Counted from the first letter of the stretch, positions 17,575 to 28,361 are shown. The stretch is DNA of 64,000 nucleotides from Tidjanibacter sp. (GCA_017936605.1 JAGBFH010000022.1:916-64915), one strand, 5' to 3'. The notes: generated by a model from the sequence alone, not told the origin. Program-made: numbers and translations.

Positions 17575-17950
17575 GGCTGGGAAAGAGCAAAAAGGGCCAA
17601 AAGGGCGAAAAGGGCGGAAAGGCAGAAAAGAGAGATGGGAGAGATGGGAGAAATGGGAGAAATGGGAGAACTTGGCCTCTCGCTAATTTCCTGGAACTCC
17701 CTAATTTCCCTAAGGTCCTTAAAGTCATTAAAGTCCTATGGGGCCTATAAGACTTATAAGACCTATGGGACCTATAAGCCCCATAATCCCCTTTGGCCCT
17801 TTTGGCCCCTTTTGCCCTTTTGGCCCTTTTTAACTCCTCCCCTACGAAAGGGGAGGTTGGGAGGGGTGCTCGAAAATTGCGTGCGCGTCCTCGCGCACAG
17901 GGAGGGTGCCCGAAGGGCGGGAGAGGTCTGTTCTCTGTTCTCTGTTCTCG
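17575..17950. repeat. Large 9-mer mosaic with REP-like palindrome
   Basis: Blocks (AAAAGGGCC)n, (AAATGGGAG)n, (CCCTAATTT)n, (TAAGGTCCT)n, (CTTATAAGA)n, (GGCCCTTTT)n; CCTCCCCT-ACGAA-AGGGGAGG at 17836-17856. Confidence 0.9.
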
Positions 17951-17978
17951 GTAGACGACCAACAAAAAACCCCAGGAA

Positions 17979-18251
17979 TCAGTGATTCTTGGGGTTTTCT
18001 ACTGCGCCGCAGGCGCCACACTCGCCGTTGCAGTTGGGATTGGTGTCGCACGACTCCAAGCCCATAGCCTCCATCTGGGCCTCCCTCTCCTGCTGCATAG
18101 CACACTTAATGCCGAGCCTCTTCATATTGGGATTGGTCGATATTTCCGACTCTATGGGGTGGCCTTTGAACATCTGAGTGAGCGAGAGGGCCAGCACAAA
18201 GAATGCCAAGACCACAACACTTATGACGATTACGGTAAGAATTGACAACAT
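17979..18251 (-). CDS. Small membrane protein with C-terminal Cys cluster
   Basis: 90 aa from MLSILTVIV; TM helix, KRLGIKC, C-x5-C-x3-C-x2-C tail. Confidence 0.7.
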   Translation of the reverse strand: MLSILTVIVISVVVLAFFVLALSLTQMFKGHPIESEISTNPNMKRLGIKCAMQQEREAQMEAMGLESCDTNPNCNGECGACGAVENPKNH

Positions 18252-18280
18252 TTCCTTAATTAATTTGGTTGATTTTCGTG

Positions 18281-18297
18281 CAAAAATAGTATTTTTG
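18281..18297. promoter_or_regulatory. Back-to-back bidirectional promoter
   Basis: Perfect palindrome CAAAAATA-G-TATTTTTG gives TAnnTTTG on both strands. Confidence 0.55.
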
Positions 18298-18386
18298 CAT
18301 AATATTGAGAACTCTGCGAGATGTTTTTTCGCAGTGGGGACAACTAAATTGTAGATTTTCCACAAGTTAAGCAAACAAAAAGAGTT

Positions 18387-19727
18387 ATGCGTATAGTCAT
18401 TGCAGGAGCAGGTGAGGTTGGTAGCCATCTGGCCTTTATGTTGGGCAAGAACAACCACGATATTACCGTCATCGACAGCGACCCCAAACTCCTCGAGAGT
18501 GTGACAGCCGTAGCCGATGTGGTCGCCATCGAGGGCGACTGCACAACCTTCGCAACCCTCAAGAAGGCCGCCGTACGCAAGGCCGACCTCTTCATCGCCG
18601 TCAACCGCGAGGAGAGCCCCAACATCATCTCGGCAATGCTCGCCAAGCAGCTCGGCGCACGCAAGACCATCGCACGCATCGACAACAACGAGTACCTCGA
18701 ACCCAACAACAAAGAGGTCTTCATCAATATGGGTATCGACTACCTCTTCTACCCCGAGAAGGTGGCAGCCCTCGAGGTTGTGAACCTGCTGGGCCACTCC
18801 TCCTCGACCGACTATGTGGACTTCTCGGGTGGCAAGCTGGCGATGTCCGTATTCAAGGTGGATGTCAGCTCGCCCTTTGTGGACCAGAGGGTGATGGATA
18901 TGAATGAGGCTGTGGTGGGCGTACCCTTCCGCACGGTGGCCATCCAGCGCGACGAGCAGACCCTCATCCCCCACGGCGAGGACACCTACCATCAGGGCGA
19001 CACCATCTATGTCATCTCCAATGTGGTGAACACCTCGCGTCTGGTGGAGTTCTGCGGTATGAGGGATATAGCCATTGAGAATGTGATGATTCTGGGCGGC
19101 AGCAAGGTGGGCGTGAGGATTGCCTACGAGTTGCAGGAGAGAATCAATGTGAAGATTGTCGAGTACAACGCCGAGAAGGCCTATCGCCTTGCAGAGCTTC
19201 TGGACAGCACCCTCATCATCAACGAGGATGGCCGCGATATGGAGGCTATGCTGGAGGAGGGTCTCCAGAGTATGGACGCCTTCGTGGCCGTCACGGGCCG
19301 CAGCGAGACCAACATTCTGGCCGCAATGCTCGCCAAGAAGATGGGCGTCAAGAAGGTTATCGCCGAGGTGGAGAACCTCAACTACATAAACCTCGCCGAG
19401 AGCATCGGCATCGACACCATCATCAACAAGAAGATGGTGACGGCCAACAACATCTTCCGCTTCACGATGAACACCGATGTGCAGGCCATACGCTGCCTGA
19501 GGGGCTCGCAGGCCGAGGTGCTGGAGTTCATCGTCAAACCCAACTCCCCCGCCACCAAGGTGCCCGTCTCGGGGCTCGGCTTCCCCTCCGATGCGACCAT
19601 CGGCGGCATCGTCAGGGCCGACAATGTATTCCTTGTGGACGGCTCAACACAGATTAACGCATACGACCGAGTGGTGGTCTTCTCGCTCCCCTCGGCCATA
19701 GACAGGATAGGTAAGTTTTTTAATTAG
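18387..19727 (+). CDS. trkA: Trk potassium uptake protein TrkA
   Basis: MRIVIAGAGEVG, two RCK_N/RCK_C repeats, ILGGSKVG. Confidence 0.95.
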   Translation: MRIVIAGAGEVGSHLAFMLGKNNHDITVIDSDPKLLESVTAVADVVAIEGDCTTFATLKKAAVRKADLFIAVNREESPNIISAMLAKQLGARKTIARIDNNEYLEPNNKEVFINMGIDYLFYPEKVAALEVVNLLGHSSSTDYVDFSGGKLAMSVFKVDVSSPFVDQRVMDMNEAVVGVPFRTVAIQRDEQTLIPHGEDTYHQGDTIYVISNVVNTSRLVEFCGMRDIAIENVMILGGSKVGVRIAYELQERINVKIVEYNAEKAYRLAELLDSTLIINEDGRDMEAMLEEGLQSMDAFVAVTGRSETNILAAMLAKKMGVKKVIAEVENLNYINLAESIGIDTIINKKMVTANNIFRFTMNTDVQAIRCLRGSQAEVLEFIVKPNSPATKVPVSGLGFPSDATIGGIVRADNVFLVDGSTQINAYDRVVVFSLPSAIDRIGKFFN

Positions 19728-19785
19728 AATCAGATCTCTACTCCAACCCTCAATGAAGAGATCCAAACACAGATGAAGAAAGATT

Positions 19786-21318
19786 ATGAATATTGTACCA
19801 AAAATTCTTCGCCTCTACTTTGCACCCCGCATAAAGGCCATTGAGTACTTCAAGGCCCACCCTATCGAGGTACAGCAGAAGCAGTATGCACGCCTGGTGA
19901 AGGCGGGTGCCAAGACAGCCTTCGGCAAGGAGAAAGGAATACAGGCGGGTATGCCCTACTCGGAGTTCCGCAAGAGGGTCCCCGTGATGGAGTATACCGA
20001 CTTCGCTCCCTACTCGGAGCGCATCCGCCGAGGCGAGAAGAATGTCACTTGGAATAGGCCCGTAGGGTGGTTCTGTAAATCCTCGGGCACCACAGGCAGT
20101 GCGAGCAAGTTCATCCCCCTGACCAAACAGGGCCTCAAGGACTCCCATATGAGGGGCCCGCTGGATATTGCCGCCATCTACACCTACCTCTACCCCAACA
20201 GCACCGCCTTCCTCGGCAAGATGCTCACCCTCGGAGGTAGCAAGAGGCTCGAGAAGAGTGGTGACACGATTCCCGTGGGCGACCTCTCGAGTGTGCTCAT
20301 CGACAACACCCCGAAGTTTGCGATGTTTTTCCGCGAGCCCAACAAAAAAATAGCCCTGCTTCCCAGCTTCGACGAAAAGGTAGATCTCATCTGCAAGACC
20401 TCCACACAGAAGAATGTGAAGGCCTTTACGGGTGTTCCCTCGTGGAACCTTGTGATGATGCAGCGCATATTGGAATACACGGGCAAGGAGAATCTCCTGG
20501 AGGTGTGGCCCAATATGGAGCTCTTCGTCTATGGCGGTATGAGCTTCAAGCCCTACAAGGCCCAGTACGAAAAGCTCTTCCCGAGCAACAATATGAAGTA
20601 CTTTGAGACCTACAACGCCTCGGAGGGTTTCTTCGGCATCGCAGAGCAGCCCTACACCGACGAGATGCTCCTGATGCTCGACTACAACTGCTTCTATGAG
20701 TTCCTGCCGACCGATTCGCTCGGCGACTACTCCAAGATTGTACCCCTCGAGGGTGTGGAGGTGGGCAAGAACTACGCCCTGATTATCACCTCCAGCAACG
20801 GACTCTGGAGGTACCTGATTGGCGACACCATATCGTTCACCCAGAAGACCCCCTACAAGTTCCGCTTCACGGGCCGCACCAAGCTCTTCGTGAACGCCTT
20901 TGGCGAGGAGGTCATCATCGACAACGCCGAGAGCGCAATTTATGAGGCCTGCCGTCAGACGGGTGCCGAGATTAAGGAGTACACGATGGCCCCCATCTTT
21001 ATGGGCGACATCGAGGGCGAAAGCAGCAAGGGTGCCCACGAGTGGGTAGTGAGCTTCCACCGCGAGCCCGAGGATATGGAGGCCTTCACCGACGCTCTCG
21101 ACAAGGCTCTTCAGGAGGCCAACACCGACTACGCCGCCAAGCGCAAAAACAACTTCACGCTGCTCCGACCCACCGTCACACGCGTGGCCCCCGACACCTT
21201 TGAGGCTCTGCTGAGGGCAGAGGGCCGACTGGGCGGTCAGATAAAGATTCCGCGCCTGAGTGGCGAGAGGAACTATGTCGAGAAGCTCAAGGCCTTCGAC
21301 CAGGCACGCAAGGGCTGA
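19786..21318 (+). CDS. GH3 (auxin-responsive promoter) family acyl-adenylate ligase-like protein
   Basis: KSSGTTGSASKFIP, ETYNASEGFFG, GLWRYLIGDT, FTGRTKLFVNAFGEE, GGQIKIPRL. Confidence 0.9.
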   Translation: MNIVPKILRLYFAPRIKAIEYFKAHPIEVQQKQYARLVKAGAKTAFGKEKGIQAGMPYSEFRKRVPVMEYTDFAPYSERIRRGEKNVTWNRPVGWFCKSSGTTGSASKFIPLTKQGLKDSHMRGPLDIAAIYTYLYPNSTAFLGKMLTLGGSKRLEKSGDTIPVGDLSSVLIDNTPKFAMFFREPNKKIALLPSFDEKVDLICKTSTQKNVKAFTGVPSWNLVMMQRILEYTGKENLLEVWPNMELFVYGGMSFKPYKAQYEKLFPSNNMKYFETYNASEGFFGIAEQPYTDEMLLMLDYNCFYEFLPTDSLGDYSKIVPLEGVEVGKNYALIITSSNGLWRYLIGDTISFTQKTPYKFRFTGRTKLFVNAFGEEVIIDNAESAIYEACRQTGAEIKEYTMAPIFMGDIEGESSKGAHEWVVSFHREPEDMEAFTDALDKALQEANTDYAAKRKNNFTLLRPTVTRVAPDTFEALLRAEGRLGGQIKIPRLSGERNYVEKLKAFDQARKG

Positions 21319-21362
21319 GAGCTGACGACGACCGACAACTGACAACTAAAAACTCAAGAGAT

Positions 21363-21998
21363 ATGTATATAGCAATCGCAGGTAACATCGGCAGCGGTAA
21401 GACTTCGCTCACCGAGATTCTTTCGGCCCACTACGGCGCAAAGGCATACTATGAGGATATCGACAATCCTTATATCGCCGACTTCTATGAGGATATGAAC
21501 CGCTGGTCGTTCAACTTCCAGATGTTCTTCCTCGGCAGCCGCATCAACCAGACACTCCAGATGCTCAGCGAGAGCACGGGTAATGTTGTGCAGGATAGGA
21601 CCATCCACGAGGATGCCCACATCTTCGCCGGCAACCTCCACCAGATGGGCCTTATGAGCTCGAGGGACTACGGCACCTATATGAAGATTTTTACTCTGGC
21701 TACAGACCTTGTGCCCGCACCCGACATCCTCATCTACCTCAAGGCGAGCGTTCCTACCCTCGTGCGTCAGATTCTCAAGCGTGGCCGCGAGTATGAGAAG
21801 AACATCGACCTCGAGTACCTCGAGAGGCTCAACAACCGCTACAACGAGTGGATTGCCTCCTACAAGGGCAAACTCCTCACCATAAACATCGACGAGATTG
21901 ACTTTGTGGGCAAACCCGAGATTGTGGATACCATCCTCGAGAACATCGAGGCACTCAACGCCGCCGAGGGTCGCGATAGCCGAATGATTGGATTCTAA
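21363..21998 (+). CDS. Deoxynucleoside kinase
   Basis: IAIAGNIGSGKTS, QDRTIHED, RGREYE. Confidence 0.92.
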   Translation: MYIAIAGNIGSGKTSLTEILSAHYGAKAYYEDIDNPYIADFYEDMNRWSFNFQMFFLGSRINQTLQMLSESTGNVVQDRTIHEDAHIFAGNLHQMGLMSSRDYGTYMKIFTLATDLVPAPDILIYLKASVPTLVRQILKRGREYEKNIDLEYLERLNNRYNEWIASYKGKLLTINIDEIDFVGKPEIVDTILENIEALNAAEGRDSRMIGF

Positions 21999-22032
21999 AA
22001 ATCTAATTCAAAATTGGCTGAAGGCCCAAACT

Positions 22033-23406
22033 ATGAACTCGGATTTTAGAGAACTGCTCAGGGAGCAACTGCCCGAAGGGGAGATTGCGGCACTACTGGA
22101 GGCCTTGGAGTCGGCACCCCAGCCCACCTCCATACGCCTCAATCCCCACAAGGCGTACCTCGCTCCCGAGGGTGCGCCTGTGCCTTGGTGCCACTGGGGC
22201 AGTTATCTCGCCGAGAGGCCCTCTTTCACCCGCGATGGTCACTTTCAGGCGGGCGGCTACTATGTGCAGGAGGCCTCCTCGATGTTCGTAGGCCACCTTC
22301 TGTGGCAGGCTCTTGGGGGCGAGGTCCCCGAGGGAATCAGGCTGCTTGATATGTGTGCCGCACCCGGTGGCAAATCGACCCTCTACAGCTCCATTGTGGG
22401 CACCAAGGGCACCGTTGTGGCCAATGAGGTCATCCGCCAAAGGGCGCTCACACTCTCCGACAACATCATCCGTTGGGGTGTGGGCAACACGGTTGTCACC
22501 TCCAACGACCCCGAGCACTTCGCCCGTTCGCTGGCGGGGTGGTTCGATGTGGTGGCGGTGGATGTTCCCTGCTCGGGCGAGGGTATGTTTCGCAAGAGCG
22601 AGGAGGCGAGGGAGAACTGGAGTCTGGAAAATGTAAATCTTTGCGCCGCACGCGGCCGTCGCATTATGGCCGAGGCGTGGGAGTCGCTCCGCGAGGGCGG
22701 CATCTTCATCTACTCCACCTGCACCTTCAACCGCCAGGAGAACGAGGATAATATGGAGTGGCTCTGCTCCCAGATGGAGTGTGAGCACATAGAGATTGAG
22801 TGCCCCGAGGAGTGGAACATCGCACGCACAAGGGCGGGCGAGGCCGAGTGTTTCCACTTCTACCCCCACAGGACCAAGGGCGAAGGACTCTTTGCGGCCA
22901 TCGTTCGCAAGGGTGGTTCCGAAAGCGGCCGGCGCAGAGCACCCAAGGCGCGCAAAAACCCCTTCTCGGAGGTGGAACGCAAACTCCTCAAAACCACCGG
23001 TCTGGAGAACTACCTTGCCACCAGTAATCAAAAATTTCACTTTGCGGCTATTGGGGAGAGCATCTACGCCTACCCCGAGGCCCACTGGGAGGATGTGCGC
23101 ACCGTGGCCGAGCAGATGAGCGTTCTCTTCTCGGGCGTGAAGGTGGGCGAACTCTTCGGCAAGAAGTTCAAGCCCGACCACTCGCTCGCACTCTCCGCGT
23201 GGCTCAACCGCGAGGCCTTTCCCACCGCGGAACTCACCGAGGAGGATATGCTCCGCTACTTGCGCCGCGAGGAGCTCTCGTGCGTGGCCTCACTCAAGGA
23301 GGGCATCAACCTGCTCCTCTGGGAGGGTCAGCCTCTGGGTTTTACCAAGCGCGTGGGCGCACGCACCAACTCACTGCTCCCCAAGGAGTGGCGAATCTTC
23401 ATTTAA
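22033..23406 (+). CDS. RsmF/RsmB (NOL1/NOP2/Sun) rRNA m5C methyltransferase
   Basis: YYVQEASSM, LDMCAAPGGKS, DVPCSGEGMFRK, YSTCTFN; start re-assigned to MNSDF. Confidence 0.9.
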   Translation: MNSDFRELLREQLPEGEIAALLEALESAPQPTSIRLNPHKAYLAPEGAPVPWCHWGSYLAERPSFTRDGHFQAGGYYVQEASSMFVGHLLWQALGGEVPEGIRLLDMCAAPGGKSTLYSSIVGTKGTVVANEVIRQRALTLSDNIIRWGVGNTVVTSNDPEHFARSLAGWFDVVAVDVPCSGEGMFRKSEEARENWSLENVNLCAARGRRIMAEAWESLREGGIFIYSTCTFNRQENEDNMEWLCSQMECEHIEIECPEEWNIARTRAGEAECFHFYPHRTKGEGLFAAIVRKGGSESGRRRAPKARKNPFSEVERKLLKTTGLENYLATSNQKFHFAAIGESIYAYPEAHWEDVRTVAEQMSVLFSGVKVGELFGKKFKPDHSLALSAWLNREAFPTAELTEEDMLRYLRREELSCVASLKEGINLLLWEGQPLGFTKRVGARTNSLLPKEWRIFI

Positions 23407-23424
23407 CCCCCCGACACGACAACT

Positions 23425-24738
23425 ATGAACAGAGCCATACTGCGACTTACCATCCCAAACATTGTGAGCAATGTGACCATCCCCCTGTTGGGAATGATTG
23501 ACATTGCCATCGCGGGACGCATAGGCGACGACACAACCATTGGCGCACTGGCCATCGGCACCGCCATCTTCAACTTCATCTACTGGAACTTCGCATTCCT
23601 GCGTATGGGCACAAGCGGTCTGGCCGCTCAAGCCTACGGCGCGGGCGACAAAAAGGCTACGGCCAACATCTTGGGCCGCTCAATGATAGCCTCGATAGGC
23701 ATAGCTCTCCTGCTCCTGCTCTTCAACAGACCCATAGGACGGCTCGCAATGAACATTATGGAGGGCTCGCCCGAGGTTATGAGCCTCGCGGCCGAGTACT
23801 TCTTTGCCCGCATCTGGGCCGCCCCCGCCGCCATCAGCATCTTCGCCCTGCACGGCTGGCTTACGGGTATGCAGGACTCGGTGACCCCTATGGTCGTTTC
23901 CATTCTTGGCAACATAGTGAACATCGCCTGCTCGCTCTGGTTTGTCTTTGGGATGGATATGGGCGTTGTGGGTATCGCCTGGGGTACGGTTGTGGCACAA
24001 TATACCTCACTACTGCTCACCCTCCTGATTCTCCTGGTGCGCTATAGTAACTACATCCGAGGCATTAGCCTCCGCGAGAGCCTTCGTATGGAGCCTCTGG
24101 CCCGATTCTTCCGCATCAACTCCGACGCTTTCCTGCGCACACTCTCGGTCTGCACCGTCTACACCTGTTTCACCGCCTTCTCGGCACGATTCGGAGATAC
24201 CATACTCGCCACCAACGAGCTCCTGATGCAGCTCTTTATGCTCTTTAGCTATATGCTCGACGGCTTCTGCTATGCTGCCGAGTCGCTCACGGGCCGCTTC
24301 ATAGGTGAGCGCAACCGCGAGAGCCTCCGTAGGTGCATACGCCTGCTGGCCATCTGGTGCGGTGGCGTGGCAGCACTCTACATCGTGGCCTACATCTTCT
24401 GGTGGGAGCCTATACTCGGCATCTTCACCTCGAGCCCCACGATTATGGCCTGCGCGGGCGAGTATATATGGTGGATTGTGATGGTGCCTCTGGTGGGCTT
24501 CATCCCCTTCCTCATAGACGGCATACTCATCGGTGCCACCAAGACACGCATTATGCGCAACACCACATTCTTTGCCCTCGTGGCCTTCTTCGTGCTCTTC
24601 TTTGCTCTGGAGTCACTGCTCGGCAATAGGGCACTGTGGATTGCCTTCATAGGCTTCATTGTGGTGAGGTTTGTGCTGATGTTGGTGGCCACCAAGGGCG
24701 TGAGCACCGACCTGCTGATGGACACCTCCAGAAGGTAA
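23425..24738 (+). CDS. MATE efflux transporter (DinF-like)
   Basis: IPNIVSNVTIPLLGMID, FLRMGTSGLAAQAYG, 12 TM helices. Confidence 0.9.
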   Translation: MNRAILRLTIPNIVSNVTIPLLGMIDIAIAGRIGDDTTIGALAIGTAIFNFIYWNFAFLRMGTSGLAAQAYGAGDKKATANILGRSMIASIGIALLLLLFNRPIGRLAMNIMEGSPEVMSLAAEYFFARIWAAPAAISIFALHGWLTGMQDSVTPMVVSILGNIVNIACSLWFVFGMDMGVVGIAWGTVVAQYTSLLLTLLILLVRYSNYIRGISLRESLRMEPLARFFRINSDAFLRTLSVCTVYTCFTAFSARFGDTILATNELLMQLFMLFSYMLDGFCYAAESLTGRFIGERNRESLRRCIRLLAIWCGGVAALYIVAYIFWWEPILGIFTSSPTIMACAGEYIWWIVMVPLVGFIPFLIDGILIGATKTRIMRNTTFFALVAFFVLFFALESLLGNRALWIAFIGFIVVRFVLMLVATKGVSTDLLMDTSRR

Positions 24739-24776
24739 AGCGAAAAGAGATGAAATAATAAAAACGACATAACGCT

Positions 24777-25673
24777 ATGGAAACAAAGAAGAATTTTAAG
24801 AGCGGTTTTGTGAATATCATTGGCAACCCCAATGTGGGCAAATCGACCCTTATGAACGCACTTGTGGGCGAAAGGCTGGCCATCATCACCGCCAAGGCAC
24901 AGACCACGCGCCACCGCATTATGGGCATCGTCGGTGGCGACGACTTCCAGATTGTCTACTCCGACACCCCCGGAATCCTCCGCCCCAACTACAAACTCCA
25001 GGAGAGTATGATGGGCTTCGTCAGGGGCGCGCTCAAGGATGCCGATGTGATTCTCTATGTGACCGACACCGTTGAGAAGGGCGATGAGGCCTCCGAAGAG
25101 ATTGTCGAGAAGATTAAACTCTCGGCCATCCCAACTATTGTGGTTATCAACAAGATAGACCTTTCGAATCAGCAGCAGCTCGAGGGCCTTGTGGAGCTCT
25201 GGCACCAGAGGCTGCCCGAGGCCAAGATTGTGCCTGTGTCGGCACTCGAGGGCTTCAATGTGGGTGGCGTGTTCGACACGATTATGACCCTGCTGCCCGA
25301 GGGTATGCCCTACTACGAGGAGGGCACCCTGACAGATAGACCTATGAGGTTCTTTGCAAGCGAGATTATCCGCGAAAAAGTCTTTCTCAACTACGACAAG
25401 GAGATTCCCTACTCGGTGGAGATTGTGATTGAGGAGTATAAGGAGGAGCCCACGATTGACCGCATAAGCGCCATAATCTATGTTGCGCGCGACTCCCAGA
25501 AGGGTATCATCATCGGCCGCCGCGGCGAGATGCTCAAGAAGGTGGGCACCGCGGCCCGCATCGAGCTGGAGAAGTTCATCGGCAAAAAGGTCTTCCTGCA
25601 ACTCCACGTGAAGGTCGACGAGGGTTGGCGCAACAGCAGCCGCCAACTCAAACGCTACGGGTATATGGAGTAG
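24777..25673 (+). CDS. era: GTPase Era
   Basis: GNPNVGKSTLMN, DTPG, NKID, KH domain GIIIGRRG. Confidence 0.97.
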   Translation: METKKNFKSGFVNIIGNPNVGKSTLMNALVGERLAIITAKAQTTRHRIMGIVGGDDFQIVYSDTPGILRPNYKLQESMMGFVRGALKDADVILYVTDTVEKGDEASEEIVEKIKLSAIPTIVVINKIDLSNQQQLEGLVELWHQRLPEAKIVPVSALEGFNVGGVFDTIMTLLPEGMPYYEEGTLTDRPMRFFASEIIREKVFLNYDKEIPYSVEIVIEEYKEEPTIDRISAIIYVARDSQKGIIIGRRGEMLKKVGTAARIELEKFIGKKVFLQLHVKVDEGWRNSSRQLKRYGYME

Positions 25674-25680
25674 CGGTCAA

Positions 25681-25780
25681 CGCGGTGGAAATTTTGCGCG
25701 AAATGAGAAAGCGGCTCCGCAGTTTGCTTGAGGCAAATGAGGAAGCCGCTTTTGAAATTTGGTGCAAAATTTACCCGCGA
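25681..25780 (+). repeat. Hairpin element A, copy 2, between convergent era and obgE
   Basis: GCGGCT-CCGCAG-TTTGC-loop-GCAAA-TGAGGA-AGCCGC. Confidence 0.85.
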
Positions 25781-25785
25781 GAGTG

Positions 25786-26772
25786 CTATTTATTCAGTAC
25801 GCTCCACAGGGCGTCTTTGAGTTCGGTGATACCCTGCATCGCTACCGAGGAGATGAAGTAGGCGGGGATTCCGGCGGGGAGGGTTGTCTTGAGGTGGTCG
25901 ATAATCTCCTGGTCGACCATATCGCACTTGGTGATGGCCAGAAGCCTATCCTTATCGAGCAGTTCGGGGTTATACTCGCGCAGCTCGCCCAGCAGAATCT
26001 CATACTCCCTGGTGATATCATCCGAGTCGGCGGGCACCATAAAGAGCAGCACCGAGTTGCGCTCGATGTGGCGCAAGAACCTCATACCGAGGCCTCTACC
26101 CTCGTGGGCACCCTCGATAATGCCGGGGATGTCGGCCATAACGAACGAGTGGCCATCCCTCACTTCCACAATGCCGAGGTTGGGCTCGAGTGTCGTGAAG
26201 GCGTAGTTGGCAATCTTGGGTTTGGCGGCCGAAACAACGCTCAGGAGGGTCGACTTGCCCGCATTGGGGAAGCCCACAAGGCCCACATCGGCCAGCACCT
26301 TGAGCTCCAAGATGAAGGCACCCTCAAGGCCCTCCTCGCCGGGCTGTGCGTAGCGGGGAGCCTGATTGGTGGCCGTCTTGAAGTGCCAGTTGCCCAGACC
26401 ACCGCGGCCGCCCTTGAGGAGCACGAGTTCCTCGCCGTGGGCCGTAACCTCGCCCACAATCTCGCCCGTCTCGGCATCGCGTGCGACCGTACCGAGGGGC
26501 ACCTCGATAATCTGGTCCTCGGCGCTCTTGCCCGACATACGCGAGCCGCCACCCGCCTCGCCATTCTTGGCGAAGACATGGCGGGCATACTTCAGGTGGA
26601 TGAGGGTCCAATACTGGCTATTGCCGCGCAGAATGACGCTACCACCCGAGCCGCCATCGCCACCATCGGGGCCGCCATAGGCGACGAATTTCTCCCTGCG
26701 GAAGTGGGCACTACCCGCACCGCCCGCACCCGAGCGGCAAAATATCTTCACATAATCGACAAAGTTCGACAT
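25786..26772 (-). CDS. obgE: GTPase ObgE/CgtA
   Basis: [39 protein letters not shown]. Confidence 0.97.
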   Translation of the reverse strand: MSNFVDYVKIFCRSGAGGAGSAHFRREKFVAYGGPDGGDGGSGGSVILRGNSQYWTLIHLKYARHVFAKNGEAGGGSRMSGKSAEDQIIEVPLGTVARDAETGEIVGEVTAHGEELVLLKGGRGGLGNWHFKTATNQAPRYAQPGEEGLEGAFILELKVLADVGLVGFPNAGKSTLLSVVSAAKPKIANYAFTTLEPNLGIVEVRDGHSFVMADIPGIIEGAHEGRGLGMRFLRHIERNSVLLFMVPADSDDITREYEILLGELREYNPELLDKDRLLAITKCDMVDQEIIDHLKTTLPAGIPAYFISSVAMQGITELKDALWSVLNK

Positions 26773-26821
26773 ACTCTTCTCTACGGTTTACTTATTAGGC
26801 CACAAAGATAGTTATTTTTGC

Positions 26822-27562
26822 TCATTGCTCCAAAAAGCCCATTGGCGAGGAGAGTTGCAGTTGGTAGCGGCCCGCAAAATAGTCGGCCACGCCCACTACA
26901 TCCACAATCCCAATAGGCAGCACCTCGTCGGCCAACTCCTTATGGCCCACGATGCGCACCAGGAGGGTGTCAGTAGGGCTTGCGACATCCACGACGGCCA
27001 CATTGAGTGCCTCGCCCGAGGCGGGCCAGAGCTCTCCGGCCGCAATGACCCTCACACCGCACACCCTTACAAGTCGGCCCATATCGTCGGCCGAGAGAGA
27101 GGCAATCGTTCTCGTTATGCTCCCCACCTCCTCGCGGTGGCCCACAACTCGGCTGCACCTCTGCCACTCGGCACGGCCCAGGCGGCTGACCTCCCAATCT
27201 CTCTCGGGCCCCGCGCCCAACCTCACCGAGCCGCCGTAGCCGCCAAGGGTAAGGCCGCGGCACCACACCCTCACAAGGTCGCCCACAGAGTAGCTTCGGT
27301 GGAGTGCCGGGTTGTCTATCATTATCGAGATGCCACCCGTGGGGTCCTGGATGACGAGTTGATTGAGGAAGGCGCCATAGCGGTCGCTGCTTATCACCTC
27401 GCCCTCAATCACATAATCCTCCGTAAGGGTCCGAGGGTAGCCGCCATAGAGCCCACGAAGGTAGCCAATGGACACGCTCTGCTGCTCGGCCACAGGCTCA
27501 CTGCATCCCACAAGCAGCAGGAGCGCCATCGTGGCTATTCCTCTTATAATCCTACTCCACAT
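26822..27562 (-). CDS. DUF5689-like lipoprotein (OB-fold)
   Basis: Lipobox LLVGC; IEGEVISSD..G.F..QLVIQDPTGGI, GLTLGGYGG. Confidence 0.75.
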   Translation of the reverse strand: MWSRIIRGIATMALLLLVGCSEPVAEQQSVSIGYLRGLYGGYPRTLTEDYVIEGEVISSDRYGAFLNQLVIQDPTGGISIMIDNPALHRSYSVGDLVRVWCRGLTLGGYGGSVRLGAGPERDWEVSRLGRAEWQRCSRVVGHREEVGSITRTIASLSADDMGRLVRVCGVRVIAAGELWPASGEALNVAVVDVASPTDTLLVRIVGHKELADEVLPIGIVDVVGVADYFAGRYQLQLSSPMGFLEQ

Positions 27563-28361
27563 CGCCCAAATCTCTCATCTTTAGCACATAGACCTCCTCG
27601 CCCTCGTAGCGGTCGAGATAGAGCACACCCGTGATGGCCACCTCGCGCTCGGGCACAAGGGCAGAGGCGAAGTCGGCATAGATGCTTGTGCGGACCAACA
27701 AGTGCTCTCCACTCGCCGTGGCAAACAGCCTGTCGCAACTGCTTCCATAGTTACTCTCGCCCCATTGGAGTCGGCCATCGGTCTGCTCCTCGGCGCATCG
27801 CAGCCCCTTGATCCGCACCAACCGACCACACATCTCGCTCCCGAGTTGCTCTATCGTGACCACCTCGGGCTCCAAGGCCTCGACCTCGCGTGCAACCCTC
27901 ACACGCTCGGCTATCTCGCGGCGGGTGGCCACCGGCTCCACGCGATAGTCGTCCCACTCATAGACCACACGCCCCACCTGCAAAACCCCGTCGTAGTAAT
28001 TGCCCGCCAGCCCCGAGAGGTCGGCCACAACGGTTGAACCCACAGGGTAGAGGCTCTCCAGGTCGTAGCTATCAAGGCGCAGCTCCACAGCTCCCGTCGG
28101 GTCCTCCACGACGATACTCTTGTGGAAGTTGCCCGCAATATCATTTGCCGTCACCCTGCCCATCACCACCACATCTTCTCCAAAGTGTCCCATCTCCACA
28201 AGGCGATGCAGCTCCTGGGTGGATGTCGTGCAGTGCTCCTCGGCAAGCAAAAAGGGCGGCTCTCGGTGGCTATCGTAGCCACAGCCCACCCCCAAGAGGA
28301 GTGTCACACAAAGGAGTGGCACCCTGAAAATCTGACCGTATGTGGCAAATCTAAAACTCAT
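27552..28361 (-). CDS. DUF5689-like lipoprotein (OB-fold), paralogue
   Basis: Start re-assigned to MSFRF; lipobox LGVGC; GRVTANDIAGNFHKSIVVEDPTGAVEL, VRTSIYADFAS. Confidence 0.75.
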   Translation of the reverse strand: MSFRFATYGQIFRVPLLCVTLLLGVGCGYDSHREPPFLLAEEHCTTSTQELHRLVEMGHFGEDVVVMGRVTANDIAGNFHKSIVVEDPTGAVELRLDSYDLESLYPVGSTVVADLSGLAGNYYDGVLQVGRVVYEWDDYRVEPVATRREIAERVRVAREVEALEPEVVTIEQLGSEMCGRLVRIKGLRCAEEQTDGRLQWGESNYGSSCDRLFATASGEHLLVRTSIYADFASALVPEREVAITGVLYLDRYEGEEVYVLKMRDLGDVE

